Below, in pieces: positions 1-15,918 of a DNA stretch of 64,000 nucleotides. Position numbers and translations under genes: made by a program. Below the pieces are notes generated by a model. The model worked only from the letters and a program-made list of their open reading frames with translations, did not search any database and was not told the origin of the DNA. Position 1 is the first letter of the stretch. Each line of letters opens with the position of its first letter. Source of the DNA: the human T2T-CHM13v2.0 reference genome, Homo sapiens; NCBI RefSeq assembly GCF_009914755.1, contig NC_060946.1. One strand, given 5' to 3'.

Positions 1-520
1 TGCTATTCAGTGGAGGACTGGGCACATGGGACCTAGTCAGCAGACCCTGGTGGGCGTGTCCTCATCAGTGAGGCCCTTGTCAGTGGGGCCCTGGTCAGGG
101 CAGCCTTGTCAGTGGGACCTAATCTGTAGTGTCCTGGTCAGAGAGGACTTGGTCAGTGGTGACTTTTGTAGCACTGGTCTACAGGGTGACCTGGTCAGCG
201 GGGATCTCAGCATTTGGTGCCAGTTCAGTGGGGTCTACTCACTAGGGTCCCAGTCAGGGGCATCTGGTGACCTTAGGCCTGGTTATTAGGGGCCTGATCA
301 GTGGCAACCTGTTCCCTGGAGGCCTGGTCAGTGGGGCCTCATCTTTGGGGCCAGGGAATGAGGTCATGATCAGTGGAACCTGATCAGTGAGGCCTTGTCA
401 ATAATGATGTGTGGGGTCCGGTCAGCAGGGAGGGTGTCATCAGGGAGGACCTGATGTGTGGGGTCTGGTCAGCAGGGACCTGGTCAATGTGGGCTGCTGA
501 GCACTGCTTGGATAAGCCAG
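1..520. repeat. Degenerate GC-rich ~14-15 bp minisatellite (core CCTGGTCAGTGGGG)
   Basis: Recurring ctggtcag/ctgatcag + tgggg variants, e.g. ggccctggtcaggg, gacctggtcagcgggg, ggcctggtcagtggggcc; runs off the left edge. Confidence 0.6.
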
Positions 521-835
521 GTGCAATGTGCATTATTGAAGGCCCTGTGGACAGCTGGGATAGCCCAGTGATGCCCAAGGGCCTAGTCAAAAGTGGACAA
601 AGCACGTGTTTCGATGGACCTGGGAGATCCTGTTCAGAGATTCTGACAGGACAAAGGTAAAGGAAGAGCCAGAGTGGCTGCAGAGATGGTCACAGTCTAT
701 GGGCTGCACAGGATGAAGGAGGCCAGGGAGCAGGCAGGGTGGGCAGTTGGGGTTCAGGGAGAGGCAGGTGCATGCTGGGAGGTCAGACCCTGTGAGGGCT
801 TTGGGGGTGTCAGGTTGGGTAGGCTCCAGGCACTC

Positions 836-3800
836 TCACTCACATAGGATTCCAGAACACTGCTAAAAGGCTCTGAGTGTTTGTCCCTCACATAGGATTC
901 CAGAACACTGATGCTATTGTCTGAATGTTTGTCCCCCACATAGGATTCCAGAAGCTTGCTGCTGGGGTCTGAATGTTTGTCCCCCATCTAGGATTCCAGA
1001 ACACTGCTGCGAGGGTCTGAATGTCTGTCCCTCACATATGATTCTAGAACATTGATGCTAGGGTCTGTATGTTTGCCCTTAACATATGATTTCAAAACAC
1101 TGCTCCTGGATTCTGAATGTTTGTCCTTCACATAGGAATACAGAACACTGCTGCTGGAGTCTGGAAGTTTGTCACTCACATAGAATTCCAGAACACTGCT
1201 GTGAGGATCTGAATGTTTGACCCTTACATGGGATTCCAGAACACTGCTGCGAGGGTCTAAATGTCTGTCCCTCACATAGGTTTCCAGCACAATGTTACGA
1301 GGTTCTGAATGTTTGTCCCTAACATAGGATTTCGGAGCACTCCTGCTGTGCTCTGAATGCTTCTCCCTCACATAGGATTCCAGAACACTGCTACGAGGGT
1401 CTGAATGCTTATCCCTCATATAGGATTCCAGAACACTCCTGCTGTGGTCTGAATGTTTGTTCCTCACATAGGATTCCAGAATACTCCTGCCGTGGTCTGA
1501 ATGTTTGTCCCTCACATAGGATTCCAGAATACTCCTGCCGTGGTCTGAATGTTTGTCCCTCACATAGGATTCCAGAACATTCATGCTGGGGTCTCAATGT
1601 TTCCCTTAACATAGGATTTCAGAACACTGCTCTTGGGGTCTGAATGTTTGCCCCTCACATAGGATTACAGAACACTGCTGCTGGAGTCTGAATGTTTGTC
1701 AGTCACATAGAATTCCAGAACACTGCTACAAGGGTGTCAATATTTCTCCCTCACCTAGTATTCCAGAACACTGTTGCAAGGGTCTGAATGTTGGTCCGTC
1801 ATATAGGATTCCAGAACACTGCTGCTGTGGTCTGAATGTTTGTCCCTCACATAGAATTCCGGAACACTGCTACAAGGGTCTGAATGTTTGTCCTTCACAT
1901 ACCATTCCAGAACACTGCTGCCGTGGTCTGAATGTATGTCCCTCACATAGGATTCCAGAACACTGCTACTAGGTTCTGAATGTTTTTCCCACACCTAGGA
2001 TTCCAGAACACTTCTGCTGGTGTCTGAATGGTTGTTCCTCACATATATTCCAGGACACTGCTACGAGAGTCTTAATGTTTGTCCTTCACGTAGGATTCTA
2101 GAACACTGCTCCCATGGTCTGAATGTTTGTCCTTCACATAGCATTCCAGAACACTGCTGCTGGGGTCTGAATGTCTGCCCCTCAAATCAGATTCCAGAAC
2201 ACTGCTGCTGGGGTTTGAATGTCTTTCCCTCACATAGAATTCCAGAACATGGCTGGGAGGGTCTGAATGTTTGTCCCTCACATGGGATACCAGAACACTG
2301 CTGCAAGGGTCTAAATGTCTCTCCCTCACATAAGATTTCAGGACACTGCTATGAGGTTCTGAATGTTTGTCCCTCACATAGGATTCCAGAGCACTCCTGC
2401 TGTGGTCTGAATATTTGTCCCTCACATAGGATTCCAGAACACTGCCACGTGGGTCTGAATGTTTGCCCTCACATAGGATTCCAGAACACTCCTGCTGTAG
2501 TCTGAATGTTTGACCCTCACATAGGATTCCAGAACACTCCTGCTGTGGTCTGAAAGTTAGCTCATCACATAGGACTCCAGAACACTGCTAAGAGGGTCTG
2601 AATGTCCCTCACATTGTATTCCAGAACACTCCTTCTGTGGTCTGAATGTTTGTTCCTCACATAGGATTCGAGAACACTCCTGCAGTGGTCTGAATGTTTG
2701 TCCCTTACCTAGGATTCGAGAACATTCACACTGGGATGTAAATGCTTGCCCTTAACATAGGATTTCAGAACACTGCTCCTGGGGTCTGAAAGTTTGTCCC
2801 TCACATAGGATTCCAGAACTCTCCTGCTGTGGTCTGAAAGTTTGTACTGCACATAGGATTCCAGAACACTGCTGCTGTGGTCGGAATGTTTTTCTGTCAC
2901 ATAGGATTCCAGAACACTGCAGCTGGGTTCTGAATGTTTGTCCCTCACATAGGATTTCAGAACACTGCTACGAGGGTCTGATTGTTGGTCCCTCACATAG
3001 GATTCCTGAACACTGCTGCTGGGCTCTGAATGTTTGTCCCTCACATTGGATTGCAGAACACTACTGCTATGGTCTGAACGTTTGTCTTTCACATAGGATT
3101 CCAGAACACTGCGGCTGGGGTCTGAATGTCCCTGACATAGGATTCCAGAACATTGCTATGAGAGTCTGAATGGTTGTCTTTCACATAGCATTCCAGAACA
3201 CTGCTACGAGGGTCTGAATGTTGGTCCCTCACACAGGATTCCAGAACACTCCTGCTGAGGTCTGAATGTTTGTCCCTCACAAAGGATTCCAGAACACTGC
3301 TATGAGGGTCTGAATATTTGTCCCTCACATAGGATTCCAGAACACTCCTGCTGTGGTCTGAATGGTTGTCCCTCACAAAGGATTCCAGAACACTCCTGCT
3401 GTGATCTGAATGGTTGTCCCTCACATAAGATTCCGGAACACTTCTGCTGTGGTACGAATGTTTGTGTCTCCTGTAGGATTCCAGTACACTGCTACGAGGG
3501 TCTCAATGTTTGTCCTCACATAAGATTCCAGAACACTGCTGCTGGGGTCTGAATGCTTGTCCCTCACATACGATTACAGAACACTGTTGCTGGGGTGTGA
3601 ATGTTTGTCCCTCACATGGGATTCCAGACCACTGCTGCTGGGGTCTCAATGTCTGTCCCTCAAAAAAGGATTCCAGAACACTGTTACGAGGGTCTGAATT
3701 TTTGTTCCTCACTTAAGACTGAAGAACACTGCTTCGAGGGTCTAAATGTCTGTCCTTCACATAGGATTCCAGAACACTGCTACGAGGGTCTGAATGTTTG

Positions 3801-5548
3801 TCCTTCACATAGCATTTCAGAACTGCCATGGTCTGAATGGTTGTCCCTCACATAGTATTCCAGAACACTGCTATGAGGGTCTGAATGTTTGTACCTCACA
3901 TAGGATTCCAGAACACTGCTATGAGGGTCTGAATGTTTGTACCTCACATAGGATTCCAGGACACTGCTATGAGTGTTTGAAAGTTTTTCCCTCACATAGG
4001 ATTCCAGAAGACTGCTGCTGGGGTCTGAATGTCTGTCCCTCACATCGGATTCCAGAACACTGCTGCTGGGGTTTGAATGTCTGTGCCTCACATAGAATTC
4101 CAGAAGACTGCTGGGAGGGTCTGAATGTTTGTCCCTCACATACGATTCCAGAACACTGCTACGAGGTTCTGAATGTTTGTCCCTCACATAGGATTCCCGA
4201 GCACTCCTGCTGTGGTCTGAATGTTTTTCCCTCACATAGGATTCCAGAACACTGCTACGAGGGTCTGAATGTTTGTCCTTTACATAGGTTTCCAGAACAC
4301 TCCTTCTGAGGTCTGAATGTTTGTCCCTCACATAGGATTCCAGAGCACTCCTGCTGTGGTCTCAATGTTTTTTTAATCACATAGGATTCCAGAACACTTC
4401 TACAAGGGTCTAAATGTTTGTCCCTCACATAGGATTCCAGAATACTCCTGCTATGGTCTTAATGCTTGTCCCTCACATAGGATTCCAGAACATTCATGTT
4501 GGGGTCTGAATGTTTGCCCTTATCATAGGATTTCAGAACAGTGCTCCTGGGGTCTGAATGTTTGTCCTTCATATAGGATTTAAGAACACTCCTGCTTTGG
4601 TCTGAAAGTTTGTCCCTCACATAGGATTCCAGAACTCTCCTGCTGTGGTCTGAAAGTTTGTCCTTCACGTAGGATTCCAGAACACTGCTGCTGTGGTTTG
4701 AATGTTTGTCCCTCACATAAGATTCCAGAACACTGCTACGAGGGTCTGAATGTTTGTCCCTCACATAGGATTCCTGAGCATTGTTGCCGTGGTCTGAATG
4801 TTTGTCATTCACATAGGATTCCAGAACAGTGCTACGAGGGTCTGAATGTTTGTCCCTCACATAGGATTCCAGAACACTTCTGCTGGTGTCTGAATGTTTG
4901 TACCTCACATAGGATTCCAGAACACTGCTGCTGGGGTCTGAACGTCTGTCCCTCACATAGGATTCTAGAACACTGCTGTTGGGGTTTGAATGTCTGTCCC
5001 TCACATAGAATTCCAGAACACTGCTGCGAGTGTCTGAATGTTTGTCCCACAGATGGGATTCTAGAACACTGCTGCGAGGGTCTAAATGTCTGTCCCTGAC
5101 ATAACATTCCAGCACACTGCTACAAGGTTTTGAAATGTTTGTCCCTCACATAGGATTCCAGAGCACTCCTGCTGTGGTCTGAATGTTTGTCCCTCACATA
5201 GGATTCCAGAACACTCCTGCTGTGGTCTGAATGTTTGCCCCTCACATAGGATTCCAGAACATTCCTGCTGTGGTCTGATTGTTCTTCATATAGGATTCCA
5301 GAACACTGCTACGAGGTTCTGAATTTTTGCCCCTCACATAGGATTGCAGAACACTGCTACAAGGGTTTGAAAGTTTTCCCCTCACATAGGATTCCACAAC
5401 ACTACTGCTGGGGTCTGAATGTTTGTCCCTCACATAGGATTCCCGAGCACTCCTGCTGTGGTCTGAATGTTTTTCCCTCACATAGGATTCCTGAAGACTG
5501 CTGCTGTCACTATAGTCGTTGCGAGTGTCTGAATGTTTGACCTTCACC
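836..5548. repeat. CER (48-bp, D22Z3-type) satellite array, ~98 monomers
   Basis: Tandem unit CAGAACACTGCTGCTGGGGTCTGAATGTTTGTCCCTCACATAGGATTC; 16-aa periodic ORFs on both strands (SSVLESYVRDKHSDP / HRIPEHCC.GLNVCPS). Confidence 0.95.
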
Positions 5549-5554
5549 AAACAC

Positions 5555-5677
5555 TAAATATTCTGCCCCTTTAGTCTTGGACTTTCCAGCCTCCAGATCT
5601 GTGAGCAATAATCTCTGTTGTTTATGAATTACTCAGTCTAAAGTATTTTGTTATAGTAGCCTAAAGAGACTAAGAGA
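5555..5677 (+). mobile_element. MaLR LTR 3' fragment (MLT1/MST type)
   Basis: ccagcctccagatctgtgagcaataatctctgttgtttat...gtattttgttatagtagcctaaagagactaaga is the typical MaLR LTR end. Confidence 0.75.
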
Positions 5678-6714
5678 GCATCACCTGCCCTGTCACCTCA
5701 TCACCGCATTACTAAAGCTATACTAACAGCAGTCACCTTTAGTGGGTGCTTCATGCATGAGAATAAAGGGAAAAAATTGCAAGGCATACTAAAATCCAAA
5801 AAAAGAAAAAAATACAATTTGTGTCAACAGAGCAAGCTTCAGAAGCAGACAAAGTTATGATTTTGGAAATTTTTTTAAACCTCTGGAGAATATGCTAAGG
5901 GTCTAATGAATGAAGTAGACAGCATTCAAGTGTAGATGGGTAATGTAATCAGAAAGACAGACATCGTAAGAAACTTCAACATAATGTAGTGGTAAAAAAT
6001 GTGTTAAATAACTGAAGAATACCTCTGATGGCTTATTAGTAGACTGGACTCAGCTGAGTAAAGAATCTCTGAGCTTGAGGATTTATCATCAGAAACTTCG
6101 AAAACTAAAGAAAAGAAACACTGAAAAGAACAGAAGATGATATCCAAGACTGTGGGACAACTACAAAAGGTGAAACAGAGTAATGAGAATACCAGGAGGA
6201 GAAGAAATAGAAGAAAGTTTTGCAACAACCATGTCTGAGAACTTCCAGTATTTATGTCAGACACCAAACCAAAGATCCAGGAAGCTCAGAGAACACCAAG
6301 CAGAATAAATGCCAACAACCTACACTTGGACATATAATTTTCAAACTATATGAAATAAAAGATAAAGGAAAACTCTGAAAGAAACCAGAGGTGGGGCAGA
6401 AAACACCTTACCTACAGAGACACAAAGATAAGAACTGCATTCAACATTGCAGAAACTGTGAAAGCAAGAAGACAGTGAAATGAAAAATTCAAAATGTTGA
6501 CAGAAAAAAACCCACCAACCTAAGTTTCTGTACCCACTGAAACCACCCTTCAAAAGTGAAGGAGAATTAAGGCCTTCCTCAGAAAAATAAAAATTCAAGA
6601 AACTTGTTGCCAGGAGACCTGTCTTGCAAGAAATGTTAAATGAAATTCTTTAGAGGGAAACAAAAGATATATAACTGAAACCTGGATCAACATTTTTTTA
6701 AAAAGAGCATTAAA

Positions 6715-7033
6715 GAATTGTGGTACAATAAAAAGCTATGTATTTATTCTTAATTGATCTGACCAAGAAGTTCATAGACAATAACAAATACACACAGATA
6801 GATTATGTATGCTTATACACAATTGAAATGAGTAACACTAATACAAGGAATGGAATGGAAGGATGGGAGGGAGGAATTGTGGTACAATAAAAACATGTAT
6901 TTATTCATAATTGATCTGACCAATAAGTTTGTAGATAATAATAAATACACACAGATAGATTATGTGTGCTTATACACAAGTGAAATAAGGAACAATAATA
7001 CAAGGAATGGAATGGAAGGATGGGAGGGAGGAA
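6715..7033. repeat. Tandem duplication, 2 x ~159 bp, inside L1
   Basis: gaattgtggtacaataaaa...ggaatggaatggaaggatgggagggag occurs twice head to tail. Confidence 0.9.
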
Positions 7034-7325
7034 TCAGGTGTTTTCTTTGTTAAGCAGGTAGTCACCCATGAAGTGGGATAGTGTTATCTGAAAGTGGACT
7101 TGAATTGGTTGTAAATGTATATTGAGGAATTAGGTGTGTTCTTTTTTAAGCAGGTAGTCTTATTTGTGGGATAGTGGGATAGTGTTATTTGAAAGTGGAC
7201 TTGAATTTGTTGTAAATGTTACTGAGGAATTAGGTGTTTTGTTTGTTAAGCAGGTACTCTTATTCGTGGGATAGTGGGATAGTGTTATTTGAAAGTGGAC
7301 TTGAATTGGTTGTAAATGTATATTG
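7028..7325. repeat. Tandem repeat, 3 x ~100 bp, inside L1
   Basis: gaggaattaggtg...aagcaggta...gggatagtgttatttgaaagtggacttgaattggttgtaaatgt three times. Confidence 0.9.
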
Positions 7326-8312
7326 CAAATTCTGTGGCAACTAGTTAAAAAAAGTTTTAAAAAGAGAAGTACATGCTAAGAAAGACAGGGAAAATGTAGT
7401 CATCTAAAATCATCAATGAAAACTGCAAAAGGCAGAAAAAGAGTGGTAGACAAAAGAATCGAGACTGAGGAGAATGAATAGAAAATAGTAACAAATATAG
7501 TAGATATTAATCCAATGATATCAATAATCACTTTGAATGCTAATGGTATGAATGTACCAATTCAAAGATAGAGATTGTCAGAGTCTATCAAAAGACAGAT
7601 ACATCTTGTTTCACTGCACTTTGCTTTATTGTGTTTTGTGACCATGTGTTTTACATATTGAAGGTTTGTGGCCACCCTGCAATAAGCAGGTCTCACTGGC
7701 ACCATTGTTCCTACAGCAAGTGCTCACTTCACGTCTCTGTGTCACATTTCGGTCATTCTCACAGTATTTTAAGCTTTTTATTATTGAATCTGTTATAGTG
7801 ATCTGTAATCAGTGATCTTTAATGCTACTGTTGTCATTGTTTTGGGAACCACAAATCACACCAGGATAAGACAGCAAACAATTGACAAATGCGTTTGTTC
7901 TGACTGCCCCACCAATGGGCCATTTCTCTTTCTCTCTCTTTTTCTCAGGCTTCTTTTTATTAATATTAAAATGTGGCCAATTAATAACCCTACAATAGCC
8001 TCTGTATGTTCAAGTGAAAGAAGAGTTGCATGTCTGTCACTTTAAACCAAAAGGAAGAAATAATTAAGCTTAGTGATGAAGGCATGCTGTAAGCAAGACA
8101 GGCCAGTAGCTAGACCTCATGCAACAAACACTTAGCCAAGTTGTGAATGCAAAGGAAGTGTTCTGGAAAGAAATTTAAAGTACTACTCCAGTGAATACAT
8201 GAATGATAAAAAGATAAACAATCTTGCTGCTGTTATGAAGAAAGTTTAATTGGTCTAGATAGAAGATAAAAAAAAACAAAAAAAAATTCCATTAAGCCTA
8301 AGCCTAACTCTC

Positions 8313-8622
<310 letters not shown>

Positions 8623-8861
8623 TCCCTTCAATTCTATGAAGACTTAGAGAGGTGAGGCAGCTGCAGAAGAAAAGTCTGAAGCTAGAAGAGCTTGTTTCTT
8701 GAGGTTTAAGGAAAAAAGTCATCTCCATAACATAAAAGCACAACATAAAGCAGCAAGTACTGATGGAAAAGCTGCAGAAAGCTATCTAGAAGATAATTGA
8801 TTAAGATGGCTACACTAAACAGATTTGCAATGGAGACAAAACAGCCTTCTACTAGAAGGAG

Positions 8862-9107
8862 ATGCCATCCAGGATGTTCCCAGCTAGAGAGGAGTTGATG
8901 CCTGGCTTTAAGGCTTCAAAGGACATGCTGACTCTTTTGTTAACGCCTAATGCAATTGGTGATGTTAACTTGAAACCAATGATGATTTACTATTCTGAAA
9001 ATCCAAGGGCCCTGAAGAATTATGATAAAACACAGCTCTGCCTGTACTCTACAAATGGGAACAAAGCCTGGATGACAGACTATCGGTTTACAAATATGGT
9101 TTACTGA
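8862..9107 (+). pseudogene. Tigger1 (pogo-like DDE) transposase remnant
   Basis: [54 protein letters not shown] matches Tigger1 [29 protein letters not shown]...[10 protein letters not shown]. Confidence 0.9.
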
Positions 9108-9477
9108 ATATCTTAAGCCCACTGTCGACAACTACTGCTCAAGAAATAAGATTCCTTTCAAAGTATTACCACTCACTGACAATGCCGCTGGTACTCAAGG
9201 ACTTTTACAGAGATGTATAAAGAGCTGAATATTGTTTTCATGCCTACTAACACAACATTCATTCTGGTGCCCTTGGATCAAAGAATAATTTCAACTTTCA
9301 AGTCTTATCACTTAAAAAATATATTTCATAAAGCTATAGCTTCTCTAGAAAGTGATTCCTTTGATGGATCTGGGCAAAATAATTGAAAACCTACTGGAAA
9401 GGATTCACCATTCTAGATGCCATTGAGAACATTCATGATTTAAAAAAGATCAAAATAGCAACATTAGGAGAAGTTGG

Positions 9478-9770
<293 letters not shown>

Positions 9771-10354
9771 GAGAGAGAGAGAGAAGTTGGGAAGATAATT
9801 CCAACCCTCACAGATGACACAGGGGTTCACGACTTCTGTGGAGGAAGTAACTGCAGATATGGTGGAAATAACAAGAGCACTAGAATCAGAGACAGAGCCT
9901 GAAGATCTGGCGAGACTGAAGCAGCCTCTGGAGAAAACGTGAGAGGATGAGTTGCTTCCACGGATGAGCAAAGAAAGTGGTTTCTTGAGATGAAATCTAC
10001 TCGTGGTGAAGACAGTGTAAACAATGTTGAGATGACAACAGATTTAGAATAAACTTGGTACAACAGAAGGAAGGCTTGACAGGATTGAACCCAATGATTT
10101 ACAATAATACATAAACTTAGTTGGTACAGCAGTATGAAGGTTTGACAGCATTGAATCCAATTTTGAAAGTTCTACTGTGGGTAAAAAGCTATCATCGTAT
10201 GCTACAGTTAATTCTTTTGTGAAAGGGAGAGTCACTTGACACAGCAAACTTCAACGTTGTCTTATTTTAAGAAATTGTCACAGCCACCCCAACGCTCAGC
10301 AACCACCACCTTACATTAACGTAAGACCCTCCATCAGAAAGAAGACTGAAACTT

Positions 10355-10620
10355 GGCCAGGTTCAGTGGCTCACACCTGTCATCCCAACACCTTGGGAGG
10401 CCAAGGTGGGTGGATTGCTTGAGCCCAGGACGTCAAGGCAACATGGCAAAACCCCATCTCTACAAAAAAAAAAATACAAAAATTAGCTGGACATGGTGGC
10501 ATGCACCTGTAGTCCCAGCTAGTCAGGAGTCTGAGGTGGGGGTTTGATTGAGCATGAGGTTGAGGCTGCAATTACTCCAGCCTGAGCCACAGAGTAAAAC
10601 CCTGTCACACACACACAAAA
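10355..10620 (+). mobile_element. Alu (AluJ)
   Basis: ggattgcttgagcccagg (J-type); degraded right arm. Confidence 0.9.
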
Positions 10621-10887
10621 AGATTGCAGCTTTCTGAAGGCTCAGATGACTGTTAGCACTTGTTAACAATAAAGTATTTGTAAATTAAAGTGTGCATACT
10701 TTGTAGACATATGCTATTGCACACTTTATACAGCACAGTATAAACATACTTTTACATGCACTGGGAAACCAAAAGAAATTGTATCACACTTTATTGCAGT
10801 GGTCTGGAACCAAACCCCCATATATCTCTGATGCATGGCCGTCCTGTATTGTACACTTAAAAAAATACTTAAGAGGGTATATCTTAG

Positions 10888-11195
<308 letters not shown>

Positions 11196-11322
11196 TCTCA
11201 TTTTTTAAAAAGGGTGAGAATGAGAAATATATGGGGGGTGATGGTCAAGTTTACGGTATTATTTGTTGTGATGAGTCCTGGGGCGAATATTTATCTCTAT
11301 ACTCATTAAGATGTATATATTC

Positions 11323-12293
<971 letters not shown>

Positions 12294-12423
12294 TAAAAAT
12301 TAATAAAAAACAGGTATTTGCAAGTTTCCATTTTGTTATATGCTTATTATTCTTTATCTTTATGTCAGGTTGCTGTGTCAATACACTTAGGAGATCATAG
12401 TTTCTAAATTGAAATACAAATAA

Positions 12424-12764
<341 letters not shown>

Positions 12765-12951
12765 TAAAATTTACATTTCTGAGTTAAGAATGCTTAAAAT
12801 ATTATAAAAATAGAAGCACAATTCATTATGTGTTTCATTAATTACCTTTATTAAAAACAACAAAATTATATTACAATAGGACAAAAAATGTTTAAGCAAA
12901 TGAAAATGAAACCATGACATACCCAAACTCAGGAGGAGGCAACAAAGGCAG

Positions 12952-13195
12952 TGCTAAAGGGAAGCTTACAGCTGCAGATGCTTAAATTAAAAAGAAGAAA
13001 GGTCTCAAACCCATGCTAAAGGGAAGCTTACAGCTGCAGATCCTTAAATTAAAAAGAAGAAAGATCTCAAACCCATGCTAAAGGGAAGCTTACAGCTGCA
13101 GATGCTTAAATTAAAAAGAAGAAATATCTCAAACCCTTGCTAAAGGGAAGCTTATAGCTGCAGGTGCTTAAATTAAAAAGAAGAAAGATCTCAAA
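12952..13195. repeat. 62-bp minisatellite x4 derived from L1 ORF2
   Basis: tgctaaagggaagcttacagctgcagatgcttaaattaaaaagaagaaag.tctcaaaccca starts at 12952, 13014, 13076, 13138. Confidence 0.95.
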
Positions 13196-14221
13196 TCAAT
13201 AACCTAACATTACACCTGAAGGGGGGAAAAAAAACTAATGACAAACCAAGCAAAAGGAAGAAAATAACAGATTAGAGCAGAGATAAGCAGAATAAGACCA
13301 GAAAAAAAAGGAAAAAAACAATGAGTTTGTTTTTTTTAAAGATCAATAAAAATTTTAAAACTCACAGCTATATTAAGAAAAAAAGAGAAATCTCAAATAC
13401 TAAAATCATAAATAAAATAGGTGACAGTACAACAGATGCCACAGAAATGAAAAAGATTACAAGAGACTAATGTGAGCAACCATATGCCACAAAACTGGGC
13501 AACCTAGAATAAATTTATAAATTCCTAGAAACACAAACCACCATACTGCATCACGGAGAAATAAAAAATCCAAAGAGACCTTTAACTAGTAAGAAGATTC
13601 AACCAGTAATCAAAAACCCCACCAAAAAGAAAAGTCCAGGTCCAGATAACTTCACTGGAAAATTTTACCGAACATTTCAAGAAGAATTAATGCCAATCCT
13701 CTGCAAAATATTCCAAAAATGTTCAAAAACCAGAAGGGGACATTCCAATCCATTCTATCAGGTCAACATTTATCTGGTTCCAGAGCCAGATGAACACCTT
13801 TTGTAATAAAAACACTCAAAGAATTAGTAATATATGGAAACTCCTCAGTAAATAAAGATTATACATGAAAAGCTCACAGCTAACATCATACTCAATGGTG
13901 AAAGACTAAAATCTTTTCCTCTAGGATCAGGAATAAGATAGCAACATCTCTTCCTTCCACTTCTATTCATCACAGTACTGGAATTTCTACTCAGAATAAT
14001 TAGTCAAGAGAAAGTAATAAAAAGGATGCAAATTGGAAAGGAAAAAGTACAAAATTTTGTTCACAGACAACAGGATGTAATGGGTAAAAATCCTGAAATT
14101 CCCAAAATATTGGTAAAATAATGAAATTCAACAAAGTTTCAGGATACAGTAACACACACAAGTCAGTTGCATTTCCATAAACTAACAATGAACAATCTGC
14201 AAATAAAATTTTAAAAAGAGA

Positions 14222-14587
<366 letters not shown>

Positions 14588-14605
14588 TTAAAAAGAATGA
14601 CATTT

Positions 14606-14921
<316 letters not shown>

Positions 14922-15705
14922 TTATAAAAATTAAAAATAAGCTTAACCAAAAGGGCAAAAAAGATTTGAACACAGAAAACTACAAAACACTGTTGAAAGA
15001 AATTAAACACAAATAAATGAAAAGAAAAGCTGTGTTTGCAGATTAGATGATTTCATCTTGGAATGATGTCAACACTACTTGAGGTGACCTAGATTCAATA
15101 CAATCCTTATAAAGATTCCAATGACATTTTTGATAAACAGAAAAACCTATCCTAAAATTCATATGGAATCTCCAGGGCCCATGAATAGGCAAATCAATCT
15201 TGAAGCAGAACAAAATTAAAGGTCTCAAAACAATTACAAAACTGCAATAAGCCAAAAAAAAAGTGGTCATGGCGTAAAGACATACTTGACACACTTATGG
15301 ACCAACACAACAGAGACCTCAGAAACCAACCCTGGCATATATGGTCTGATGATCTTCCACAAGGATGCCAAGACCACTCAATGGCGAAGGACAGTTTCTT
15401 CAACAAATGGTGTTGGGAAAATTGTATATCTACATGCAAAATAATGAAGTTGGACTCTTACCTTACACCACGTTAAAATTAATTCAAAGTGAATTATAAA
15501 CCTAATTGTAAAACTAGAACTATCAAACTCCTAGGGAAAACAAATTTGGAAAATGCTTTATGATGATGAATTTGTCAACAATTTTTAAGATATGACATTA
15601 AAAGCTCAGGCAGTAAAAGCAAAAATATATCAAACCTAAAAACTTCTGTACCACAAAGGTCACAACCAACAGGGTAAAAGGCAAACTGTAGAATAAAAGA
15701 AAATA

Positions 15706-15918
15706 CCAGTTGAGTGTCCCTTATTTGAAATGCTTGGGATGTGTTTCAGATTTTGTAATATTTGCACTATTCTTACTGGTTGAGCATCTCGAATTCAAAC
15801 ACCTGAGTCTGCGATGCTCCAATAAGCATTTCCTTTGAGTGTCATGTTGGCACTCAAAAAGTTTCAGACTTTGGAGCATTTGGGATTTCAGATTTTTGGA
15901 TCACAGACATTCAACCTA
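15706..15918 (+). mobile_element. Tigger4a/MER46A (Zombi) MITE
   Basis: cagttgagtgtcccttatttgaaatgcttggga...agcatttcctttgagtgtcatgttggcactcaaaaagtttcag...tcaacct; TA at both flanks. Confidence 0.85.

Larger units (their letters stand above)
5760..7595 (+). mobile_element. Old L1 (L1M) ORF1 region to start of ORF2, decayed
   Basis: ORF1-like gatccaggaagctcagagaacaccaagcagaataaat; ORF2 endonuclease start tcaataatcactttgaatgctaatggtatgaatgtaccaattcaaagatagagattgtcagag. Confidence 0.75.

Noticed and set aside
836-5548. CRISPR array or zinc-finger gene
   Set aside because: Continuous tandem 48-mers with no unique spacers and no cas genes; Cys/His spacing is not C2H2; frames have frequent stops; matches CER satellite.
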